A DNA stretch of 64,000 nucleotides from Mobula hypostoma (lineage: Eukaryota): assembly GCF_963921235.1 (NCBI RefSeq), contig NC_086109.1, forward strand, positions 36,396,001 to 36,460,000, in the 5' to 3' direction. Shown piece after piece: positions 37,870-46,689 of this stretch. The translations under genes and the position numbers were made by a program. The notes beneath the pieces were generated by a model. It saw only the letters and a program-made list of their open reading frames with translations. It had not been told where the DNA came from and ran no database searches. Position 1 is the first letter of the stretch. Every line of letters begins with the position of its first letter.

Positions 37870-38714
37870 TGTTACGTACCCCGTAACTGGGTTGCCAAAC
37901 CAGCAGAAATGGATCACTCAGTTGGAGTCTGGAGTACTAGAACTAAGAAAGTTTTATTAAAGAAACAAGCAACACAGTAATCGAAAGGATAATAAATGCA
38001 ACAGTTCAGTGATGATAAACACACATGTGCACAGAATTAAGATAACAGCATCAATCAAGCTCTATCGTTGTCTAGGGGTAAATGACCAAATTTCAAAATG
38101 ACTCAAAGTTCAGTTCGCAGTAATCGTTTCCATGGCGATGGACAACGTGGGGGAAGAGAGACAGAGAGAACAGGAACAACTCATCATTCAGCACGGCTTC
38201 ACTCACAGATCAGCGGGATTGCTCACAAACAGCATTTGGGCGGGTCCTTGGTGATGTCACCTGAGGTCACCGACTGTGACCCCTCCTCCAGATGCGGTCG
38301 ATCCTCTGCAGTGAACCCGGCACCCAGGCAAGGGCGGACACACACCGGGTTCCCGCTGATCGTACCTTTCCACCCTTGTCGTTGTCTGGTACTTCTCACC
38401 CACTCGTGAGAAGCGCACCGCTTCCAGGGTCTCGTTACCTCGGGTGGCGTGTGTGTCTGTCTTAGCGAACCTGTCCCTTTTTATCCCCCTGCTGGGGTAT
38501 CGCCTGTCCATCACTTCAAACAGTTCAGGGTTCAAAGGGGGGAGCCGCTCCAGACAGCTCTCCCTCCCACATCCCTTCATTACACATCTCCAGACGCTGC
38601 TCCATTGTTCCTTATCTCTCCTTCCCCTGAGGGCAGGTGGCAGACCAACTGCTGATGCCACTGATGCTAGCCCAGGCCAGCAAACATCTTAATTTTATGT
38701 GTATTCTCGTAACA
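37870..38714 (-). repeat. 5' LTR
   Basis: Identical by eye to 33866-34710; the ORF-track translations in the two copies are identical. Confidence 0.97.
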
Positions 38715-39147
38715 GTTTGAATGACAATTAAACTTGAATTGAATTAAATTAATTTACATTGATTCCCTTAATATCTAAAAATCCATCAGTACTTTGCTTG
38801 AAAATTCTCAGTGACTGATTCACCACAGCCCTTGCGGGTAGAGAATTCCAAATGTTCATGGTTTCATCTTTGTTATGAATGGTCAACCTTTATTTTGAAA
38901 AATATGATCCCTTAAGACCTCTGCTAAGAAAAGAATCATCTCTCCATCAATTCTTAAGTCTCTTAAGAATTTTGTATGTTTCAATCATAACAACTCTTAT
39001 TCGTCAAAAATGAAGTTGGTGCAAGCACAGCCTTCTTTATCCCTCCTCATACAACCAAGCACCATCCTGGGTTTCATTTTGGTGAACTAATCCACTCTCT
39101 CATATCCTTCCTTGGTAAGGAGATCAACAAACACAATATTCCCGATA

Positions 39148-40790
39148 TAGAGTCATAGAGAAGTACAGCACAGAAAAAATGCCCTTCAGTCCATCTAGTC
39201 AATGCCAAAACCATTTAAACTGCTACTCCCATCGACCTGTACCAGGACCATAGACCTCCATACCCGTACTATCCGTGCAACTATCCAAACTTCTCTTAAA
39301 CATTGAAATCAAGCATGCATGCACCACTTGTGTTAGCAGCTTACTCCACACTCTCACAATTCCCTGAGTGAAGATGTTTCCTATCATGTTCCCCTTAAAC
39401 TTCTTACCTTTTACCCTTAACCCATGACTGCTGGTATAGTCCCACTCAACTTCAGTGGAAAAAGCCTGCTTACCTATAGCCTTCATAATTTTGTACACCT
39501 CTCTCAAATTTCCCCTCAATCTTCTATGTTATAAAGAATATAGTCTAAACTTCTTCAATCTTTCCTTATAACTCAGGTCTTCCAGATCTGAGAATATCCA
39601 TTTAAATTTTCTCTGCACTCTTTCATCCTTGTTTACATTTTTCCTGTAGCTTGGTGACCAAAACTGCACACTATATTCCAAATTCAGCTTCACCAACATT
39701 TTATGCAACTTTAACATAGCATCTCATCTCCAGTACTCAATGCATTGATTTATGCAGGCCAATGTTCCAAATGTTTTCTTTTTGACCCTCTCTACCTGTG
39801 ACACCACCTTCAATTAATTATGGGCCTGGACTCCCAGATCTCTTTGTACTTCCACCTCAATGCCCTATCGTTCAGTGTATAAGACCTACCCTGGTTGACC
39901 CTACCAAAGTGTAAAACTTCGCATTTGACTGCATTAACTTCCACCTGTCATTTTTCAGTCCATTCTTCAAGCTAATGTATATCCCTCTGCAAGCCATGAG
40001 TGCCTTCCTCATTGTCCTCTGCACGCGCAGTCTTGGTGTCATAGGCAAATTTGCTGATCCAGTTAACCACCTTATCATCCAGATCATTGATATAGATGAC
40101 AAACAGCAAAGGACCCAGCCCTAGTCCCTGTGGCACACCACTATCATTGGACCTCCAGTTCAGAGAAGCAACCTTTCACCACCACTCTCTGACTTCTACC
40201 ACAAAGCGAATGTCTAATCAAATTTACTACCACATCCTGAATGCTGAGCAACTGAACTTTCCTGACTAGCCTTTCATATGGAACCTTGCCAAATGCCTTA
40301 ATAGAGTCCATGTAGACAACATCCACTGCCCTGCCTTCATCCACTTTCTTGGTGACTTCCTCCAAAAACTCTATAAGATTGGTTAGAGATGACCTACCAT
40401 GCATGAAGCCACACTGACTATCTTTAATCACTCTGAGTCTATCCAGATACTTATATATATGGTCCCTGAGAATACCTTCTAATACCTTTACCACTACTGA
40501 TGTCAGACTCACTGCCTATAATTTTCTGGTTTATGATTAGAGCTTTTTTCAAACAGTGGGACAAAATTGGCTCTCCTCTGGTACCTCCCCTGTCGCTAAG
40601 GATGATTCATCTATCTCTTCTAGGCCCCCAGCAATTTCTGCAGTTGGTTCTCATAGGGTCTGAGGGAATACCCTGTCAGGCCCTAGCGATTTATTCACCC
40701 TGATTTTCCTCAGGGTAGCAAGCATCTGTTTGGGCTCCATGAAGTGGATGCCACTTTGCCTCAATCCTATAGACTCTGTGCCCGTCTTAC
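39148..40790 (-). mobile_element. CR1 LINE ORF2 RT/3' end, degenerate
   Basis: ORFs 39223..39519, 39529..39717 (LEYSVQFWSP) and 40144..40512 (VDEGRAVDVVYMD). Confidence 0.88.
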
Positions 40791-41159
40791 ACTCGTATAA
40801 TTGGAACATGACGTTTCCATTTGCTTACTTCAATTCCTCTTGCAATAAAGGCCAATAAAACACTGGTTTTACTAATTACTCCCCATGCCTGCATAATTCA
40901 TGTACAAGATTATCCAGGTGCTTCCGAATATCAACAACATTTAATCTTCATCATCTAAAATGTTTTTCACTTATCTGTGATTTCTACCATGATGGTTTCC
41001 TCATGCTGTTCCGCAATACATAGTCCATGTGTCATGTCATTGTGCCCATTTCCTTAGCCTATCCAGAGCCCTCCAGGGTCTCACGATAGCCTCCTCAAAT
41101 CCAATGCTGTCGCCTAGCTTTATATCATTAGCAAACTTGTATATATTACAAAGATCCTG

Positions 41160-41948
41160 TCACATGGTGTGAGCAGAATTATCTGCAGCTTAATGTGAAA
41201 AAGACTAAGGAGCTGGTGGTAGACCTGAGGAGAGCAAAGGTATCGGTGACCCCTGTTTCCATCCAGGGGGTCAGTGTGGACATGGTGGAGGATTACAAAT
41301 ACCTGGGGATATGAATTGACAATAAACTGGACTGGTCTAAGAAGATTGGGGCTGTCTGTAAGAAGGGTCAGAGCCGTCTCTATTTCCTGAGGAGACTGAG
41401 GTCCTTTAACATCTGCCGGACGATGCTGAGGATGTTCTACGAGTCTGTGGTGGCCAGTGCTATCAAGTTTGCTGTTGTGTGCTGGGGCAGCAGGCTGAGG
41501 GTAGCAGACACCAACAGAATCAACAAACTCATTCGTAAGACCAGTGATGTTGTGGGGATGGAACTGGACTCTCTGACGGTGGTGTCTGAAAAGAGGATGC
41601 TGTCTAAGTTGCATGCCATCTTGGTCAATGTCTCCCATCCACTACATAATGTACAGGGTGGGCACAGGAGTACATTCAGCCAGAGACTCATTCCTCCGAG
41701 ATGCAGCACAGAGCATCATAGGAAGTCATTCCTGCCCGTGGCCATCAAACTTTACAACTCCTCCCTTGGAGGGTCAGACACCCTGAGCCGATAGGCTGGT
41801 CCTGGACTTATTTCATAATTTACTGGCATAATTTACATATTACTATTTAACTATTTATGGTTCTATTACTATTTATTATTTATGGTGCAACTGTAATGAA
41901 AAACAATTTCCCCCGGGATCAATAAAGTATGACTATGACTATGACTAT
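41160..41948 (+). mobile_element. Rex1/Babar LINE 3' fragment
   Basis: WCEQNYLQLNVKKTKELVVD...YKYLG...RLYFLRRLRSF, ORF 41423..41794 (HPLH...SFLPVAIKLYN), AATAAA and a (GACTAT)n tail. Confidence 0.9.
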
Positions 41949-42120
41949 CCAAGTGACTGTTGTGAACAGCACTATTCTTTATAGCACACAGCTGGTCACT
42001 GCCACCTAATTCTACTCTCAGTTTCTGCCAGCTACCAATCCTCTATCTACACCAATATGTAACCCACCAGTCCTGTGGACATTTATTTTGTTCATTAATC
42101 TCCTAGTGGCATCTTCTCAC

Positions 42121-42320
42121 TGTTATGTTACTTCTGTTTAAAGGTACCTTGGGTTAACAGTAAAGAATCATATTCTGGAAGAATTACGAAACTTTTATTC
42201 ACAGTAATAATCAAATACGCCTTAACCCAGCCACGTGCTGGAACATTCTGGTATTCCCGAACATGGTCAGTGCTCTGTCCAATCATGTACTGGCACATCA
42301 TTGCACGTGATATTACCACA
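42121..42320 (-). repeat. 3' LTR
   Basis: TGTTATGTTAC...TACCACA, direct repeat of 44259-44458. Confidence 0.93.
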
Positions 42321-42399
42321 TCTTCCTTTCCTTAAAAAGAAAAACGATTAACAACGTTAATGAAAACATATCTATATCAGATAACTGAAACTCTGAAGT

Positions 42400-42519
42400 T
42401 GGCTCTTTCTTAAAGCCTTTGCAATTCTTTCTGAACACCGCTCCCTCCTCTGTTTGGACCATGTATGATATGGTCTGTGTCCATGTGTTCCTTTTATCTT
42501 GTATCCTCACTTTGTCTCC
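42400..42519 (-). pseudogene. Gypsy integrase C-terminal remnant
   Basis: GDKVRIQD...W...[15 protein letters not shown] resembles the G..VR...W...RSY.V.T..G...RRN integrase tail. Confidence 0.7.
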
Positions 42520-42564
42520 TTGTCCTTCAGACAAATGTTTCCTTAGATCAGTCAATTCATGTTT
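42520..42564 (-). pseudogene. RABEP1: Transduced Rabaptin-5 fragment (part 2, resumes after the CIN85 insert)
   Basis: [15 protein letters not shown] versus RABEP1 EREIADLRRRLSEGQ. Confidence 0.8.
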
Positions 42565-42690
42565 CACTTCCATTTGTAATGAAATATGAATCTTCTTTTC
42601 TTCATCTAATTCATTCATTAGCTGTTTAATCTCTTTTTTATGCTGAGACTTCATCATTTCAATAATACTTCTCAATTCCTTCACTTATGC
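42565..42690 (-). pseudogene. SH3KBP1: Transduced CIN85 C-terminal coiled-coil fragment
   Basis: [41 protein letters not shown] versus remembered CIN85 [42 protein letters not shown]. Confidence 0.88.
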
Positions 42691-42975
42691 TTCCACTTCT
42701 TCCCTGTACTGTGCCCACTGTGAGCGTTCTTGCTCTAGACGATGATGAAACAGAATCTCATATTCTCTCAGTGTCTCTTTCATTACCGTTTGCAGTGAAG
42801 CAACCTCCTCCTGCCGTCGCTTTTTCACATCATCAGTTGCCTCCTGTTTGGTCGTCTCAGACACTGCAGCTACTGCTTTTGTATTCTCCATGTCAGCATT
42901 TGCCTCCGTGAGCTGGACCTGCAGTCGAGTTACATCACCTTCTGCTGACTGTAATGCAACATTCTGTCATTTCAA
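42691..42975 (-). pseudogene. RABEP1: Transduced Rabaptin-5 N-terminal coiled-coil fragment (part 1)
   Basis: LK*QNVALQSAEGDVTRLQVQLTEANADMENTKAVAAVSETTKQEATDDVKKRRQEEVASLQTVMKETLREYEILFHHRLEQERSQWAQYREE versus remembered RABEP1 LKRQNAVLQAAQDDL...EMENIKAIATVSENTKQEAIDEVKRQWREEVASLQAVMKETVRDYEHQFHLRLEQERTQWAQYRES. Confidence 0.9.
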
Positions 42976-43359
42976 CTATGTGTTACTGTCCAAGACAAAA
43001 GTTCTTTTCACCAAATTAAGTCTTTCACAGGCAGATAAACCCAGAATTGACTGTACATTTTTTGTCACGACCACAAATGAAAGTGTATGCAACATACTTT
43101 TGTGTGATACCTTTGCCACGTATGTTCCTTTAACTGGAATGTCTGCACCTGAATACCCAGTCACTTTTATATTTGTCTGATGAGACTTCGGTCTTGGCTT
43201 TAAAGCATTAAATTCAGATTCTGCAAGAACATTTACTTGTGCTCCAGTATCAAGTTTAAACAGAATATTGTTTTGATTCACTTGCAACGGAATAGTCCAG
43301 TCATTGTCACTTTGTTTATTTTCACAAAGCACATCTACTATAAATAAAATTTCTCTCAT
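42976..43359 (-). pseudogene. Gypsy aspartic protease
   Basis: FKLDTGAQVN...ILGLSACERLNLVKR. Confidence 0.9.
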
Positions 43360-43409
43360 TCATCTTCAAGCACAGCCTTTACTTATTTCATTTTATTTTC
43401 CTTCTTTCT

Positions 43410-44158
43410 ACTTATACAACAGCGTGAAAAATGATTAATCTTACCACAGACATTGCAAATTTTGCCATATGCAGGACACTGATTTGGACAATGTTCCCGC
43501 GCACAGCGATCACATGACTTTTTTCTTTCTAATGCCGTCTTGCTCTCTGTCAGTTTCGTCGATTTATTTTTATATTTCTTGATATATTCATGCTTTTTAC
43601 AGTGTTTACATTGCAGTTTTCGACAAAAAGCTCTTCAGCCTGCAATGTCATGGTCTCAGAAGCTTTGCAAAGCGCCAAAGCTTTTTCAAAATTTAAATCT
43701 TGCTCTCTCAGCAACCTTTCTCTTGGAGCATTATCTAGAATGCCACAAACAATTCTATCTTTAATGAGAGAGTCCGTGAGCAATGCAAACTCACATGTTC
43801 TACTACGCTTTCTTAACTCAGTAGCATACCGATCAATTGTTTCAGCGGCTCTCTGTGCACATGTGAAGAACTTATATCGCTTATACATTAAATTATGCTT
43901 AGGTATACAAAATACTTCAAATCTGTCCATTATCGAACTTAAATTGAAATTATCTCCATCTTCAAAGACAAAATTATTATATCCCTCTACTGCATCATTC
44001 CCGATTACATGGAGCAAAATTGTAGCTTTGGTTTTTTCCAATCTTTCTTCATAATCGATCACCAATAAGTACAGTTCAAACTGTTGCTTGAATATCCTCA
44101 AATTCTCAGCTACATTGCCAGTCAGCTGAAGTTTTGGTGGGGGTTGTAAACCTTCCAT
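43410..44158 (-). pseudogene. Gypsy Gag with two zinc knuckles (frameshifted)
   Basis: ORF 43550..44158 (LTGNVAEN..IFKQQF...LIKDRIVCG...ERLLRE), then CDRCAREHCPNQCPAYGKICNVCGKINHFSRCC in another frame. Confidence 0.88.
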
Positions 44159-44242
44159 TTTACCGTTTACAGTTCAAACTTTTTTCTTCTCTTTTTTATC
44201 GATTATCTTCAATTCTCGATTCTCCCATATTATTCTTCCAGA

Positions 44243-44258
44243 ACCACTTCTGGCACAC
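44243..44258 (-). promoter_or_regulatory. Degenerate primer-binding site (tRNA-Leu-like)
   Basis: GTGTGCCAGAAGTGG adjacent to the 5' LTR resembles TGGTGTCAGAAGTGG. Confidence 0.5.
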
Positions 44259-44458
44259 TGTTATGTTACTTCTGTTTAAACATACCGTAGGTTAACAGTA
44301 AAGAATCATATTCTGGAAGAACTAGAGAACTTTTATTTACAGTAATAAACAAACACGTCTTAACCCAGCCACATGCTGGAACATTCTGACAATCCCACGC
44401 ATGCACAGTGCTCTATCCAATCATGTACTGGCACATCATTGCACGTGGTATCACCACA
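44259..44458 (-). repeat. 5' LTR
   Basis: TGTTATGTTAC...CACCACA, followed by the TSD CTCAC. Confidence 0.93.
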
Positions 44459-45530
44459 CTCACAGTCCAAATTCATTGCACCAACAGAGTTACCTATATC
44501 TATTCTCCTTATAATAAGAAAAAAATACTAACGTGATTCACCTTTTCTAAATCCATGTTGATTCTTATCAGTCTTGTTATTATTTTCTAAGGATCCTGTA
44601 TTAATTGACTTAATTATAAGCATTGTAATATTAACAATATTGTCAGCAATTCTTTGTTACAGACATATAATCAAATCCTACTTTATCAGTCTTCCCAAGG
44701 AACTACAGAGCATAAACAAAGGTCAGAGAGTGTAAGTGTCTTACTTCAATTTATTTAATGTTTCAAATTATTTTATAGAATTTTATAACGTTTTGAATTC
44801 ATACTTTAAACATTTTAAGTAACTTTTAAAATTCTAGTTTTCCTTGTGTTTAAACACTTGACTGTCACAGGCACCTAAGTTGAGGTTCAAAGACAAGTTT
44901 GTTGCTGTGTGCAGAAATGTTTGTGTGCACAGGTGTAATGAAAAACTTGCAGCAGCATCACAGGCTCATTATATCATGTAAGTGACAATTGACACAGGAT
45001 GCTGTGGGGTGTGGGGAGGTGGGGATATGCCTGGATGAGGCTGCATTGCCACACACACAATTCTCTGTTCCTTTGAGAATGAAGCTTCATCTCATCCTTC
45101 ATTTCTTGAAGCGCATTTGGTTAGAGTGGGTGGATTGACTACCTGGAGCAGTTTGAATTGAAGGCCCTCTGAATCAAGATTAAGTAAAAAATATGACTTT
45201 ATTCTCGTGGTTGTAAAGCTACTAACTGAATTCAAAAATGTTGTCTTCAATTCATCGCACATTTCATGACAACAGAATTACCAAAGAAAATTCCAGCAAA
45301 TGTCAAAATTTTGCAACGCAGTCAAAGGTCTTAGTAACTTTATTATCAAAGTACATATATGTCACCCTGAGATTCTTTTTTCTTGCAGGCATACTCAATA
45401 AAGCCAATAGGCATAATAGAACCAATGAAAGACTGCGCCAAAAGGGCAGACAAGTAACATGCAAATGAAAACAAACTGCAAATACAAAAAAAAGAAATAA
45501 TAATAGCAATAGTAAATAAATAAGCAGTAA

Positions 45531-46546
45531 GATAGATAGATAGATAGACACACTTTATTGATCCTGAGGGAAATTGGGTTTCATTACAGCTGCACCAACC
45601 AAGAAAAGAGCATAAATATAGCAATACAAAACCATAAACCATCAAATAACAATATGCAAACTATGCTAGATGGAAATAAGTCCAGGACCAGCCTATTGGC
45701 TCAGGGTGTCTGACCCTCCACGGGAGGAGCTGCAAAGTTTGATGGCCACAGGCAAGAAGAACCCCCCATGACGCCCAGTGTTGCATCTCGGTGGAATATG
45801 GCTGGAGTCCAACAGCAAAAAGTTCAATATCCGGGCTACAAACACCTTCCTTGAGCGTAATATGACCAGGATTGCACCATCTGTTGTTAACCAGAACAGC
45901 AAGTCTCCCTCCTTTATGCTCATCGCTCTTAGTGAACTTCCGGTCAGCCTGAACAGTCTGGAAGCCCTCCATGGAAACGTTTTGGTCGGATATGTCCTCG
46001 TGCAGCCACGTTTTAGTAAAACACATAACACTGCTCTCCCGAAATGTTCTCTGACTCTTGGCTAGCGCCATCAACTCGTCCATTTTATTACCCAATGATT
46101 TCACGTTGCCCATAATGAGAGAGGGAAGACATGGCTTATAACTCCTCTACTCCGTAAGTCTCTGTTGTCTCGACCCGGTCCTCTTTCCTCGCCTTTTTGA
46201 TCCCCCTCTGCATCCTGTGTGTGTTTTCCTCCAGATTTCAGTCGGGGTGTCCGCCGCTCTGTTTCCTAAACCGGGCGGCATAAGCGCAATCAGCTGGTCC
46301 CTGGTATAAACAATGCGACCATACTGCTGCCCCGCTAATGAGCCGTGTCCGAATGTAACTATTTCCAGCGCTAAAAACCCAAATAAAACTCTCTCCACCA
46401 GCATCTTAGAGAGGGTGCAGCTTCAACGTGTTACTGTGAAACAGAAATACCACAAATAACTTAAGTTAAAAAAGTAAGAAGAAAAAAGTCAGAAAACTAG
46501 TCGGAGCAGCTGTAACAGGCTGCATGCACGACTGGCGCACACGCAC
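45531..46546 (-). mobile_element. Bipartite non-autonomous Rex1/Babar derivative, copy 1 (5' end and endonuclease N-terminus joined to the 3' end)
   Basis: LPSLIMGNVKSLGNKMDEL...CFTKTWL...GLQPY joined directly to IPPRCN...FLPVAIKL, with a (TATC)n tail. It sits inside another Rex-like 3' UTR (~45323-45530 / 46547-46660). Confidence 0.85.
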
Positions 46547-46689
46547 ATAAATATTGAGACCATGAGATGAAGAGTCCTTGAAAGTGAGTCAGTAGGTTGT
46601 GGGAACATTTCAGTGATGGAGCAAATGAAGTTGAGTGAAGTTATCCTCTTTGGTTTGATTATTGCCATTAGTATTGCAATAATAAGATC

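Larger units (their letters stand above)
33866..38714 (-). mobile_element. Gmr1-like Gypsy LTR retrotransposon, non-autonomous, very recent insertion
   Basis: 845-bp LTRs with TGTTACG...CGTAACA ends, 4-bp TSD GTTT (33862-33865 / 38715-38718), tRNA-Pro PBS, PPT and one 962-aa ORF. Confidence 0.96.
42121..44458 (-). mobile_element. Non-autonomous Gypsy LTR element carrying transduced RABEP1 and SH3KBP1 coding fragments
   Basis: 200-bp LTRs (42121-42320, 44259-44458; TG...CA; about 24 mismatches by eye), 5-bp TSD CTCAC, PPT AAGGAAAGGAAGA at ~42321-42333, gag-pro and an integrase tail. Confidence 0.92.
38760..44660 (-). mobile_element. Old CR1 LINE fragmented by three later insertions
   Basis: CR1-like pieces at ~38760-39140, ~40790-41160, ~41950-42120 and ~44460-44660 in colinear order. 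Confidence 0.55.

Noticed and set aside
37840..38085. tRNA-Pro gene
   Set aside because: The 3' and 5' matches are in reversed order about 200 nt apart, there is no anticodon arm, and CCA is encoded. These are a PBS and an LTR motif.
42313..42975. Genuine host RABEP1 or SH3KBP1 gene exons
   Set aside because: The fragments lie between paired LTRs with a TSD, contain stops, lack splice sites and are fused to transposon ORFs, so they are transduced copies rather than the host loci.
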